The notes under the pieces: model-generated
What the model saw: only the letters and a program-made list of their open reading frames with translations
What the model was told of the DNA's origin: nothing
The model's database searches: none
Part shown: piece by piece, positions 30,543-40,617 of the stretch
Position numbering within the stretch: position 1 is the stretch's first letter
How the letters are laid out: each line of letters starts with the position of its first letter
Program-made: the position numbers and the translations under genes
Source: Deltaproteobacteria bacterium
GTDB taxonomy: Bacteria > UBA10199 > DSSB01
DNA: 64,000 bases
Assembly: GCA_024233625.1 (NCBI GenBank)
Contig: JACKPJ010000004.1
Coordinates: forward strand, 91,905 to 155,904
Reading direction: 5' to 3'

Positions 30543-31109
30543 ATGGAGAATCTCATGAAATTAAAACTCAATCAAAAAAATATGTTGTCGGGTTTAAGTA
30601 TCGCTTTGCTTATATTTTTTGTTCAGGGAACTCTGCAAGCACGTGGTGATTATAAACAGTTTACGGAAAAAAAGGATAAACTGACTTATGTTGTGGATGG
30701 AATGTTTCAAATATCCAAAGCGACTGATGAATGGGATACCCAAGATTCTCATCAAGATAATTCCCCTGTAAAATGGGTATTGCATGTTTCAGGAGATAAC
30801 CCTGAAGTTCGTTTGCGTTATGACTTTAATCCCAAGGGAAGCGATGCCTTTAAGTATGGTGTTCATGTTAAGGATATGCTAAAAAGTCGCGGCATCAACG
30901 TGGAACGTGTCTATTATCGTAACATCAATGGTCGCAAGGCTTCAATTATTAAAGGAATCGATCGTGACCGTGAAAAGCGTTGGTTGATCGCTGTTTGGCG
31001 AAATAAGAGCCGTGGCTTTTTGTTAGAGTGCTCGGTAGAGCCCGGAAAATTTCATAAGTACCGTGAGCAATTTAACGAGATGATTAATTCGGTTCATATT
31101 TTGAAGTAA
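30543..31109 (+). CDS. Secreted hypothetical protein embedded in the beta-oxidation-like operon
   Basis: N-terminal hydrophobic signal-like segment 'LSGLSIALLIFFVQGTLQA'. No recognisable domain. Start could be 30543 or 30555. Confidence 0.5.
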   Translation: MENLMKLKLNQKNMLSGLSIALLIFFVQGTLQARGDYKQFTEKKDKLTYVVDGMFQISKATDEWDTQDSHQDNSPVKWVLHVSGDNPEVRLRYDFNPKGSDAFKYGVHVKDMLKSRGINVERVYYRNINGRKASIIKGIDRDREKRWLIAVWRNKSRGFLLECSVEPGKFHKYREQFNEMINSVHILK

Positions 31110-31295
31110 TGCTTTTAAAACAGCAAAATTTAATGAGATTTTTTTAAAAAAGCGTTAAAAAAATTCTAGTGCGTTCTGCAGCGCGCAGCTTTAATTAATA
31201 GAAAAATAAAGGTTTTTTTAATTTTTATAACTGCATACCCGATGTTCTTAAATTCAGTTTTAACTTGTTTGCCTGAAAAATTGAGGTTTTAAAAA

Positions 31296-32444
31296 ATGGA
31301 CTTTCAACTCAATGATGAACAAAAAATGATACGAGATATGGCTCGTCAATTTGCCCAAAACGAGTTGGTTCCGGCTGCAGCAGAACTTGATGAGAAGAGC
31401 GAATTCCTTTCTCGTCATTTGCCTAAGATGGCTGAGCTAGGTTTGATGGGAATGATGATTCCAACTGAGTGGGGTGGTTCGGGTTTGGACATGCTCAGTT
31501 ATGTCTTGGCCTTGGAAGAAATTTCCGTGGGATGTGCTTCTACTGCCGTGACCATGTCGGTGAATAATTCCTTGTACTGTAGCTCGATTTTGCGTTTTGC
31601 TAATGATTCCCTAAAAGAAAAATACCTCATACCCTTTGCCAGTGGTCAAAAGTTGGGAGCCTACTGTCTCTCCGAGCCAGGGACAGGTTCGGATGCTGCC
31701 AATCAGCAGACGACAGCCAAGCTTTCGGGTGATAAGTATATCCTCAACGGACGCAAAAACTTTATTACCAATGGCCCTCATGCCGATGCCATGATCGTTT
31801 ATGCGATGACAGATAAAGAAAAACGTCACAAGGGAATTTCGGCATTCATTGTTGATAAGGATTTTCCTGGTTTTTATGTCGGAAAAATCGAGAAGAAATT
31901 AGGAATTCGGGCTTCTTCGACTTCAGAGATCATTTTAGAAAACTGTGAAGTGCCCAAGGAAAATCTCTTAGGTGAAGAAGGTCAAGGCTTTACCCTTGCG
32001 ATGAATACTTTGGATAGTGGCCGTGTGGGTATTGCAACTCAAGCCTTGGGAATTGCGCGTGCGGCTTTTGAAGCTGCTGCCAGATATTCCTTAGAGCGTG
32101 AGGCCTTCGGTCAGGTAATTGGGCAGTTTCAGGCCATTCAGCATTATCTTGCCGACATGGCAAAAGATATTGACGCCGGTCGTTTGCTGACACATCGCGC
32201 AGCTTGGCTCAAAGATCAAGGTAAAGACATCAATCGTGAAGGCGCTATGGCCAAATTATTTTGTTCCGAGGCAGCGATGTGGATCACCAATAAAGCGATT
32301 CAGATTCACGGAGGCTATGGTTATATTACAGAATATCCCGTTGAACGCTTTTTCCGTGATGCGAAGATTACCGAAATCTACGAAGGCACCAGTGAGATTC
32401 AACGACTTGTCATTGCCAGGAGTGTGTTGAAGGAATTTAGTTAA
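31296..32444 (+). CDS. Acyl-CoA dehydrogenase (short-chain/butyryl-CoA type)
   Basis: 'CLSEPGTGSDA', 'GRKNFITNG', 'QIHGGYGY' and the C-terminal 'EIYEGTSEIQRLVIAR' with the catalytic Glu region. Its stop overlaps the next start (TAATG). Confidence 0.9.
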   Translation: MDFQLNDEQKMIRDMARQFAQNELVPAAAELDEKSEFLSRHLPKMAELGLMGMMIPTEWGGSGLDMLSYVLALEEISVGCASTAVTMSVNNSLYCSSILRFANDSLKEKYLIPFASGQKLGAYCLSEPGTGSDAANQQTTAKLSGDKYILNGRKNFITNGPHADAMIVYAMTDKEKRHKGISAFIVDKDFPGFYVGKIEKKLGIRASSTSEIILENCEVPKENLLGEEGQGFTLAMNTLDSGRVGIATQALGIARAAFEAAARYSLEREAFGQVIGQFQAIQHYLADMAKDIDAGRLLTHRAAWLKDQGKDINREGAMAKLFCSEAAMWITNKAIQIHGGYGYITEYPVERFFRDAKITEIYEGTSEIQRLVIARSVLKEFS

Positions 32445-34027
32445 TGAAAAAATATTCCACCCTCTCAGGGATCGAACTCAAAGAACTCTACACTGCTGAA
32501 GATCTGAAAGATTTTTCAGAGTCCGAAAAACTTGGCAAGCCAGGGGAGTTTCCCTACACCCGTGGGGTGTATCCCAATATGTACCGAGGCCGTCAGTGGA
32601 CGATGCGTCAATTTGCAGGTTTTGCGACTCCCGAAGCCACTAATCAGCGCTTTCATTATTTGATTGAGCATGGGCAAACGGGACTTTCGGTGGCTTTTCA
32701 TTTTCCGACCTTGATGGGTTATGATTCGGATTCCCCACGGGCTCGGGGTGAAGTCGGAGTTTGCGGAGTCGCCGTGGATACGCTTCAAGATATGGAGATT
32801 CTCTTCGATAAGATTCCTTTGGATCAAGTGACGACTTCCATGACAATCAATCCTCCTGCATCGGTTTTGCTTTGTATGTACATTGCGGTTGCCGAAAAGC
32901 AGGGCGTGCCTTACGAAAAAATTGGTGGGACGATTCAAAATGATATCTTAAAAGAATACATTGCGCAACATTCCTATATTTTCCCCCCCGACCCCTCGAT
33001 GCGTTTAATTGTCGACTCAATTGAGTTTTGTAGTCAAAAATTGCCGAAGTTCAATCCTATCAGTATTAGTGGTTATCATATTCGAGAGGCTGGTTCGACG
33101 GCAGCACAAGAGCTGGCCTTTACCATTGCCGATGGCATTGCTTACGTTCAGGCCTGTATCGACCGTGGTCTCGATGTTGACGACTTTGCGCCTCGTCTCA
33201 GTTTTTTTTGGGACATTCATAACGATTTTTTTGAAGAGATTGCCAAGCTGCGGGCTGCGCGCCGGATGTGGGCTCACATCATGCGTGATCGTTTTAAAGC
33301 CAAAAATTCCGCTTCTTATCGCATGCGTTTTCATTGTCAAACTGCTGGAGTTAGTCTCACAGCCCAACAACCCTATAATAATATCGCTCGAGTTGCGATT
33401 CAGGCTTTGGCCGGAGTTTTAGGGGGAACCCAATCTCTGCACACCAATTCCTTTGACGAAACTCTGGCCTTGCCCAGTGATGAGTCCGTCCGCATTGCCT
33501 TGCGTACCCAGCAAATCATTGCTCATGAAAGCAAGGTCTCCAATACAGTGGATCCACTTGCGGGTTCTTATTTTGTGGAATCTTTGACCAACACTTTAGA
33601 GGAGCAAGCTGGTGAGTACATTCGCAAGATTGATGAGATGGGTGGCATGGTCGAAGCCGTGAAACAAGGGTTCCCCATGCAAGAAATTGCCGAGGCCTCA
33701 GCCAATTTTCAACAAGCTGTCGAGTCGGGAGAGGAAAAAATCGTTGGCGTCAATGACTTTATTTTAGAGGAGGAAGCTCCTCCCGAAATTCTTAAAATTG
33801 ATCACAGCGTCGAAAAAAAACAGATTGCTAATTTAGAAAAAGTGCGTCAGGAACGCGATTCTCAAGCGGTCCAACAATCTTTAAAACGATTGCGTGAGGT
33901 CGCCAATAGTCAGACAAATCTCATGCCGATTATTTTAGAAGCGGTGAAGACTTATGCCAGTGTAGGTGAGATTATGGGAGTTTTACGGGAAGAGTGGGGG
34001 GAGTATCAGGATCCCTGCATCATTTAG
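32444..34027 (+). CDS. B12-dependent acyl-CoA mutase large subunit, isobutyryl-CoA-mutase-like active-site residues
   Basis: TIM-barrel mutase motifs 'FPYTRGVYP', 'WTMRQFAGF' and 'GTIQNDILKEYIAQHSYIFPP'. Phe57 and Gln175 occupy the positions that are Tyr and Arg in methylmalonyl-CoA mutases (from memory). Confidence 0.85.
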   Translation: MKKYSTLSGIELKELYTAEDLKDFSESEKLGKPGEFPYTRGVYPNMYRGRQWTMRQFAGFATPEATNQRFHYLIEHGQTGLSVAFHFPTLMGYDSDSPRARGEVGVCGVAVDTLQDMEILFDKIPLDQVTTSMTINPPASVLLCMYIAVAEKQGVPYEKIGGTIQNDILKEYIAQHSYIFPPDPSMRLIVDSIEFCSQKLPKFNPISISGYHIREAGSTAAQELAFTIADGIAYVQACIDRGLDVDDFAPRLSFFWDIHNDFFEEIAKLRAARRMWAHIMRDRFKAKNSASYRMRFHCQTAGVSLTAQQPYNNIARVAIQALAGVLGGTQSLHTNSFDETLALPSDESVRIALRTQQIIAHESKVSNTVDPLAGSYFVESLTNTLEEQAGEYIRKIDEMGGMVEAVKQGFPMQEIAEASANFQQAVESGEEKIVGVNDFILEEEAPPEILKIDHSVEKKQIANLEKVRQERDSQAVQQSLKRLREVANSQTNLMPIILEAVKTYASVGEIMGVLREEWGEYQDPCII

Positions 34028-34091
34028 AGAGTGCTCAAAAAAAGGCAATCTACTTTTTCCGCTTCGTATCTTAACCTTTTTGAACACTCTC
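34027..34091. repeat. Palindromic intergenic repeat, copy A (65 bp)
   Basis: Imperfect 17-19 bp terminal inverted repeats 'gagagtgctcaaaaaaagg' / 'cctttttgaacactctc' directly after the mutase stop. Near-identical to the arms of 47341-47464. Confidence 0.8.
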
Positions 34092-34208
34092 GAAACAAAG
34101 ATTTTTAAATGTTATATTGATGTCATCTTTGGACTCAATAAAAGTTAAATTATTGTCCTAGTTTTCTTAGAAAGAAGATTCATACTTCAATTTTATGTAA
34201 AGGATTTT

Positions 34209-36008
34209 ATGAAACAAAACGATCAAATCAGAAACCTCGCTATTATTGCTCACGTTGACCACGGAAAGACCACCTTGATTGATGCCATGTTGCAACAAAG
34301 TGGAACCTTCAAATCTCACGAAGAAATGAACGAAAGGGTGATGGACAATCTCGACCTTGAAAAGGAGCGCGGGATTACTATTGCTTCGAAGAATTGTTCA
34401 GTTTCCTTCAACGGCAAAAAAATCAATCTCATTGACACTCCTGGCCATGCCGATTTTGGAGGTGAAGTCGAACGTGCTCTTAAGATGGCGGACGGTGCGA
34501 TCTTATTAGTAGATTCTGCTGAGGGGCCTTTACCGCAAACGCGCTTCGTTCTTAAAAAGGCCCTGGAATCTCATCTCAAAATTATTTTAGTTATCAATAA
34601 AATTGATCGAAAGGACGCTCGTGCTCAGGAAGTCCTCAACGAAGTCTATGACCTCTTCATTGACCTCGATGCTAGCGAAGATCAGATTGAATTTCCAGTA
34701 TTGTATGCTATCGGTCGCGATGGTATTGCCAAACGCAATATCGATGATGAAGGTACAGACTTGAAGCCACTCCTCGAAACTATTGTAGAGGTGGTACCTG
34801 GTCCTAGTTATCAGGAGCAGGAGCCTTTTCAAATGTTAGTGACCAATCTGGGCTATTCGGACTATTTGGGCCGTTTAGCTATTGGCCGGGTTTTTCATGG
34901 TTCGGCAAAAAAGAATGACCAATTGGTTTGTATCGGCAAAGATCCCAAACCACGCGCTCTCAAAGTCAATCAACTTCAGGTTTATGAGGGTGTTCAAATC
35001 AAGCCGGTGGATCAGATTGATCCCGGTGAAATTGTCTTGCTCTCGGGTATCGAAGAAGTTGAAATCGGGGATACCATTTGTACAGCGATAGCGAGTAAAG
35101 CGCTTCCCCGCATTACGGTGGATGAACCCACCGTAGCGATGAGTTTCGGAATCAATACCTCACCCCTTGCTGGTCGTGATGGTAAATGGGTACAGTCGAG
35201 AAAAATTTGGGAACGCCTCGAAAAAGAAGTCTTGCACAATGTTGCTCTACAAATCGAAAAGACGGGTGGTGGGGAAGAATTCGTCGTTAAAGGCCGAGGC
35301 GAATTGCAAATGGCCATTTTGATCGAGACCATGAGGCGTGAGGGTTTTGAACTGACCGTGGGGCGTCCTAAAATTATTTTCAAAGAAAAAGACGGGGTAC
35401 AAACTGAACCGATTGAGCATTTGTTTTTGGATGTTCCCGAAGACTCGGTGGGAGTGATCACCGAAAAACTGGCGCAGCGTCAAGGAAAGATGACTAACTT
35501 GGTTAATCATGGAACCGGTCGTGTGCGCTTGGAATTTTCGATTCCGACTCGTGGGCTTATTGGCTATCGCAGTGAATTTTTGACTGACACCAAGGGAATG
35601 GGCATCATGAACTCTTATCTTCATGACTATGAACCTGTCCGCGGAGAAATTGTTCACCGTGTGACGGGTTCTCTGGTCAGTGACCGTGGTGGATCAACTT
35701 TAGCCTATGCGCTTTTTAATTTGGAACCCCGAGGTAATTTATTTGTGGTGCCTGGAGAGGAAGTCTACGAAGGCATGATTGTCGGTGAGCATAATCGTGG
35801 CAATGACCTTAATGTCAATCCGACTAAAGCCAAAAAGCTGACGAATATGCGGGCGGCAGGCAAAGACGAAAATGTGGTGCTCTCGCCAGTGCTTCCCATG
35901 ACTTTAGAAAGAGCGATTGAGTTTATTAAAGATGATGAACAGGTGGAAGTGACCCCGAAGAATATTCGATTGCGAAAGAAGGAATTGACTGCCGTCAAAA
36001 GGAAGTAG
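34209..36008 (+). CDS. typA: Translational GTPase TypA/BipA
   Basis: 'AHVDHGKTTL', 'DTPGHADFGGEV' and 'NKIDR', with a 599-aa BipA-type architecture. Confidence 0.93.
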   Translation: MKQNDQIRNLAIIAHVDHGKTTLIDAMLQQSGTFKSHEEMNERVMDNLDLEKERGITIASKNCSVSFNGKKINLIDTPGHADFGGEVERALKMADGAILLVDSAEGPLPQTRFVLKKALESHLKIILVINKIDRKDARAQEVLNEVYDLFIDLDASEDQIEFPVLYAIGRDGIAKRNIDDEGTDLKPLLETIVEVVPGPSYQEQEPFQMLVTNLGYSDYLGRLAIGRVFHGSAKKNDQLVCIGKDPKPRALKVNQLQVYEGVQIKPVDQIDPGEIVLLSGIEEVEIGDTICTAIASKALPRITVDEPTVAMSFGINTSPLAGRDGKWVQSRKIWERLEKEVLHNVALQIEKTGGGEEFVVKGRGELQMAILIETMRREGFELTVGRPKIIFKEKDGVQTEPIEHLFLDVPEDSVGVITEKLAQRQGKMTNLVNHGTGRVRLEFSIPTRGLIGYRSEFLTDTKGMGIMNSYLHDYEPVRGEIVHRVTGSLVSDRGGSTLAYALFNLEPRGNLFVVPGEEVYEGMIVGEHNRGNDLNVNPTKAKKLTNMRAAGKDENVVLSPVLPMTLERAIEFIKDDEQVEVTPKNIRLRKKELTAVKRK

Positions 36009-36020
36009 ACGTTTGACTCA

Positions 36021-38027
36021 ATGACCCAAATACCTTTTCAACTGAAGAGCGATTTTGCGCCTCGGGGAGATCAGCCTGCAGCGATTCAACAGCTTCGTCG
36101 AGGACTGGAGCAAGGTTTGTTTGCCCAAACCTTATTGGGTGTGACCGGAAGCGGAAAAACCTTTTCGATGGCTAATATCATTGCGGAAGTCCAACGGCCG
36201 GCTCTGGTGATGGCTCCCAATAAAACCTTGGCGGCTCAGCTCTATCGAGAATTTAAAGAATTTTTTCCCAACAATGCGGTCGAATACTTTGTCAGTTATT
36301 ATGACTATTATCAGCCCGAGGCCTATGTGCCGAGCCGTGATCTCTACATCGAAAAAGACTCGGCGATCAACGAAGAGATCGATAAGATGCGCCATGCAGC
36401 GACTCGGGCTTTGTTTGAACGCAATGATGTGATCATCGTGGCCTCTGTCAGTTGTATCTATGGTTTGGGTTCTCCGGAAGCTTACCACGGTTTGTTGGTT
36501 TTGATTGAACAAGGACAAAATTGGGAACGCAACCAACTACTGCGTGAGTTGACGCAAATTCAATACACCCGCAATGATTATGATTTTCACCGTGGGACCT
36601 TTCGCGTGCGTGGGGATGTCGTCGAAATTTTTCCGGCTCACGAAGAAGAGCGCGCCATTCGTCTCGAATTTTTTGGAGATGAAGTGGAGAGCATTTCTGA
36701 GATCGACCCGATGCGTGGAACGCTTTTACAAAAATTAGAAAAGATCGCTATTTATCCGGCAAGCCATTATGTGACTTGGGAAGATCGCATGAAGAAAGCG
36801 CAAGTTTCGATTCGGTCAGAGCTCGAAGAACGCCTCAAATTTTTTCGGGAAAACGATCAATTGGTCGAGGCGCAACGCCTTCAACAACGCACGCTCTACG
36901 ATCTTGAGATGATGGAGGAGATTGGTTTTTGCAAAGGTATCGAAAATTATTCCCGTCACCTCACGGGCCGCGGAGATGGACAGCCTCCCCCCACTCTACT
37001 TGATTATTTTCCTAAAGATTTTATTCTCTTTTTGGATGAGTCTCACATCATGGTGCCGCAATTGCGTGCAATGTATAATGGAGACCGAGCCCGCAAAAGA
37101 AATTTGGTCGATTATGGTTTTCGTCTGCCTTCAGCCTTGGATAATCGTCCTCTGCAATTTAAAGAGTTTTGGGATTTGGTTTCGCAGGTGATTTATGTTT
37201 CGGCCACACCTGGTGATTACGAGATCGAACAAAGTCAGGGAGCGGTTGCTGAACAAGTCATTCGTCCTACCGGCCTGATGGATCCGACGGTGGATGTGAG
37301 ACCCGCTACGCATCAAGTTGACGACCTTGTGGAAGAGATTCGTCAACGCATTACTGTGAATGAGCGTGTTCTGGTGACTTGCCTGACCAAACGCATGAGT
37401 GAAGATCTCAGCAAATACTTTCAGGACATTGGGCTCAAGGTTCGCTATTTGCATTCGGAGATCGACACCTTGGAACGTGTTGCCATCTTAAGAGAACTTC
37501 GCAAGGGCAGCTTTGACGTTTTGGTCGGAATCAACCTTTTGCGTGAAGGACTCGACCTGCCTGAGGTTTCCCTCGTGGCGATTTTAGATGCGGATAAAGA
37601 GGGCTTTTTAAGGTCGGAGCGTTCCTTTATTCAGACCTTCGGCAGAGCCGCTCGAAATGTTCACGGTCATGTGATTTTATATGCGGATGAAGTCACACAA
37701 AGCATGGCCAAAGCCATGCACGAAACAAAACGACGTCGAGAACTCCAACAAGCCTATAACGAAGAGCATGGCATTACCCCGCAAAGCATCCAGAAAAATA
37801 TTCAGAATATTTTGGAAAGCCCCGAAGAACATGACTACATTACGGTTCCTAAAGAGATTGATCTGGCGGCAGAGATTCCACTCGAGGAAATTCCCCAAAA
37901 GGTTTCCAAACTTCGCAAACAAATGGAAAAAGCGGCCAAGGATTTGGATTTTGAAACAGCTGCCAAGCTGCGTGACGAAATCAAGTCTTTAGATGAGCTG
38001 GCTTTAACCTTTGGTGTGAAAGCGTGA
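36021..38027 (+). CDS. uvrB: Excinuclease ABC subunit B
   Basis: Walker A 'GVTGSGKTF', beta-hairpin region '[10 protein letters not shown]', 'LDESH' box, helicase motifs and a C-terminal UVR motif '[11 protein letters not shown]'. Confidence 0.95.
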   Translation: MTQIPFQLKSDFAPRGDQPAAIQQLRRGLEQGLFAQTLLGVTGSGKTFSMANIIAEVQRPALVMAPNKTLAAQLYREFKEFFPNNAVEYFVSYYDYYQPEAYVPSRDLYIEKDSAINEEIDKMRHAATRALFERNDVIIVASVSCIYGLGSPEAYHGLLVLIEQGQNWERNQLLRELTQIQYTRNDYDFHRGTFRVRGDVVEIFPAHEEERAIRLEFFGDEVESISEIDPMRGTLLQKLEKIAIYPASHYVTWEDRMKKAQVSIRSELEERLKFFRENDQLVEAQRLQQRTLYDLEMMEEIGFCKGIENYSRHLTGRGDGQPPPTLLDYFPKDFILFLDESHIMVPQLRAMYNGDRARKRNLVDYGFRLPSALDNRPLQFKEFWDLVSQVIYVSATPGDYEIEQSQGAVAEQVIRPTGLMDPTVDVRPATHQVDDLVEEIRQRITVNERVLVTCLTKRMSEDLSKYFQDIGLKVRYLHSEIDTLERVAILRELRKGSFDVLVGINLLREGLDLPEVSLVAILDADKEGFLRSERSFIQTFGRAARNVHGHVILYADEVTQSMAKAMHETKRRRELQQAYNEEHGITPQSIQKNIQNILESPEEHDYITVPKEIDLAAEIPLEEIPQKVSKLRKQMEKAAKDLDFETAAKLRDEIKSLDELALTFGVKA

Positions 38028-38220
38028 TGTTTGGGTTTAGTCCTAATTAGTGTACATCCATAAAATAAAAAATAGTAAAAAAATAAACTCCCCTTTACAA
38101 GCTCTTACTAAAACTCTTACAATTATATAATAAGGGTTCATAGGCTTGTCGTTTTAAGAGAATGAAAGTTCAACATTGAATTCGCATAAGCAAGATTCAA
38201 TATGAAATAGGGGGAAAAGA

Positions 38221-39141
38221 ATGAAAGCTTCCACTTGTCAATTCTGCCGACTTGATTCCTCTCAAAAAAAATCTCATTTTATTACCCGAAGAATGACGCA
38301 TCCGGACAATGTTCACAAAGATCTATTTTTGAGTCTGTTTTTAAGTTTTTTTGTTTTGACTTTTTTCACCATGACACTTTTTCTCAGTAAGCCTCTACAA
38401 GCCAAGTTTGGTGAAGAGAGAAGTTTAGAAGATGTTGTCAAACAAGCCGGTGTCAATTCGGTGTGGGGAAGCCCCTGTACTGTGCTCAATGTGGAGCGTT
38501 CTGTCCATCCCTATGGCATGAAGATTGTGACCATCGCCGTTAACTGTGATATCATCAAGGCGCCGCCGCCTGGTTATGTGCATCCGGCTTTTGGTGAAAA
38601 TTGGGTTGAGGAAGGTGAGGGGCAGACTTTTCGCTTTCATATGTTGGACCCACTTGCCAATCATATGCCTGAGTTGAAGGCGCTGCCTGATGTTGGTAAA
38701 GAATTTACCCTCTGTCTTTCTGGAGCCAGCCAAATCGGGCTTTCCAGTCTTTGTGCGTTATCCGATAAAGCCATGCAAAGCTACCGAGAGTCGGTTTCAA
38801 GTGAGACGAGTACTCTTGGAACTTCTTCTGATCAAGAGAGAAATCAAGAAAATGTCCAAGAGAGTGACTCAGCTCAGAAAAGTACTTTAAAACAAGCTGT
38901 TGATTCAGTTTCGACAAGTTCAAAAGGTGAGCAGAAGAGTCAAACGATCGATAAGAAACAACTGAAGGATCTTGTTCAACGTTTTTATCCCGCAAATTCT
39001 GCAAAGTCACCTAAATCATCCAGTCAAGAAGAGCTTCGAATAGAAGAAAATACAGGAGAAAGTGCAGGAGCTGCGCAAGAACCCATGCCCAGCGTGAGTG
39101 ATTCCGATTCGGATGGAATGAAAAATATCAATGAACGTTAG
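38221..39141 (+). CDS. Hypothetical exported or membrane-anchored protein with acidic Ser/Gln-rich C-terminus
   Basis: Hydrophobic segment 'LFLSLFLSFFVLTFFTMTLFLSKPLQA'; the start may be the internal Met of 'MTHPDN'. No known domain. Confidence 0.45.
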   Translation: MKASTCQFCRLDSSQKKSHFITRRMTHPDNVHKDLFLSLFLSFFVLTFFTMTLFLSKPLQAKFGEERSLEDVVKQAGVNSVWGSPCTVLNVERSVHPYGMKIVTIAVNCDIIKAPPPGYVHPAFGENWVEEGEGQTFRFHMLDPLANHMPELKALPDVGKEFTLCLSGASQIGLSSLCALSDKAMQSYRESVSSETSTLGTSSDQERNQENVQESDSAQKSTLKQAVDSVSTSSKGEQKSQTIDKKQLKDLVQRFYPANSAKSPKSSSQEELRIEENTGESAGAAQEPMPSVSDSDSDGMKNINER

Positions 39142-39181
39142 TACTGGAAGTAAAGTGTTTATAATTTAGGGAGGAAAGGCT

Positions 39182-40570
39182 GTGAAAAAAAAACGAGGGG
39201 AAATGATTGCAATGGTTAAGCTAAGCGTGTTGCTGGTTTTTGTGATCGTTTTGGGAGCTCTGCTGGTTATTTTTTCCAATCAGGATATTCAAGCTGCAGG
39301 TCCAGTGGATGTTGATCCAACGGGAGCTCCCTTACGTTGGGAACAAGGAGCCACGATAGTTTTTAATCCTGAACATGGGGCGCTAAAAGCTGCAGGCGGC
39401 TATGACAATGCGAAGAGTGTCAATCTGGTTAAACAAGCATTTCAAACCTGGATGAATATTTCTAATGTTAATCTCAACTACCAACAAGGTAGCTATCTCA
39501 ACGATGGTGGAGATGTTAATGCTTCAAATTTTCAAAATTTTCTCTATCAAGGCACTCAGGGCTGTTATGCAGATATTTTGGGTTTAACCCCAGAGGAGGC
39601 AGGTCCTTGTTGGGCACCGGTGATTTTTGACGAAGATGGTTCGATTATCGAGTCTCTCTTTGGTTCTTGTAATCAATTCAGTGTTCGTGCAGTAACGAAG
39701 GTCGATGATATTAATAATATGTCTGGAGATCCCGAGCGCCGTATTATTCGCCGCAGTAGCATGATTATTAATGGTGCTTGTATTCCCCCTGTGACGACTA
39801 AGTCCGGTTGTGGAGGTTGCTCGCGCGAGCTCACCGAAGAGGAAGTTTATGATACCATCGTCCACGAGGTCGGGCACTTTTTGGGGCTAGGTCATAGTCA
39901 AGTCAACCCAGATGCCTACGACCGATGTAAGAGTGGGGGTTGTAGTGGGGCTGACGTCGAAGCGATTCCGACAATGTTTCCCACCTCGATGAGTAGTGTT
40001 AATTATTCGACTTTGCATGAAGATGATAAGGCCTATATGAGGCGCCTTTATGCCAATGCTTCTAATCAATACTGCAGTGTTTCCGGGAAGGTTTTTGATA
40101 CCGATGGGGTGACAGAAGTTGCTGCTGTTGAAGTGGTTGCGGTTGATTCGAGTTCGGGTTCGGGTTGGATTGCAGGACTTTCGGGAGCTGAGTCTCCGCA
40201 AAGTTCCCAAGGGGTTTGTACAAGCAACTGTGGATCTTACCTTTTAACCGGTTTGCAGGAAGGTCGCACTTATCAGGTCTGTGCCCAAGCGGTTAATCCA
40301 ACTTTTAAAGGGATCTCTTCCATTGCTAACAAATCGCAATCAGTTATCAACTTTCCTCGGACTTGTCCTGAATCGATGAATATCACCTGTCAATGTTCGG
40401 GAGGAACTTGTGATACTTATGCAGGCTTTGACATCACCATTGGTCAGGGAGCAACCACTTACAATTCTTATGACCCAGGTTCGAGTTCGGGATCTAGTTC
40501 GAGTGGAAGCAGCTCTAGCAATGGAAGTAGCGGGGGCGCTGGTGGTGGCTGCAGTTTGTCGATACCTTAA
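39182..40570 (+). CDS. Secreted metzincin-type zinc metalloprotease
   Basis: GTG start with signal-like 'LSVLLVFVIVLGALLVIF'. Has 'HEVGHFLGLGHS' (HExxHxxGxxH) followed by a Met-turn candidate 'IPTMFP'. The C-terminus is a Ser/Gly tract ending 'GGGCSLSIP'. Confidence 0.75.
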   Translation: MKKKRGEMIAMVKLSVLLVFVIVLGALLVIFSNQDIQAAGPVDVDPTGAPLRWEQGATIVFNPEHGALKAAGGYDNAKSVNLVKQAFQTWMNISNVNLNYQQGSYLNDGGDVNASNFQNFLYQGTQGCYADILGLTPEEAGPCWAPVIFDEDGSIIESLFGSCNQFSVRAVTKVDDINNMSGDPERRIIRRSSMIINGACIPPVTTKSGCGGCSRELTEEEVYDTIVHEVGHFLGLGHSQVNPDAYDRCKSGGCSGADVEAIPTMFPTSMSSVNYSTLHEDDKAYMRRLYANASNQYCSVSGKVFDTDGVTEVAAVEVVAVDSSSGSGWIAGLSGAESPQSSQGVCTSNCGSYLLTGLQEGRTYQVCAQAVNPTFKGISSIANKSQSVINFPRTCPESMNITCQCSGGTCDTYAGFDITIGQGATTYNSYDPGSSSGSSSSGSSSSNGSSGGAGGGCSLSIP

Positions 40571-40617
40571 TTCTATTCCCTTGAAGAAGCCAGCTTTTCA
40601 AGTTAATAATCAAAAAC

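Noticed and set aside
32444-34027. Default annotation as methylmalonyl-CoA mutase (mutB/scpA)
   Set aside because: This is not adopted as the primary call. The two substrate-specificity positions read Phe and Gln, and the operon context is C4 acyl-CoA metabolism. It is kept at family level pending alignment.
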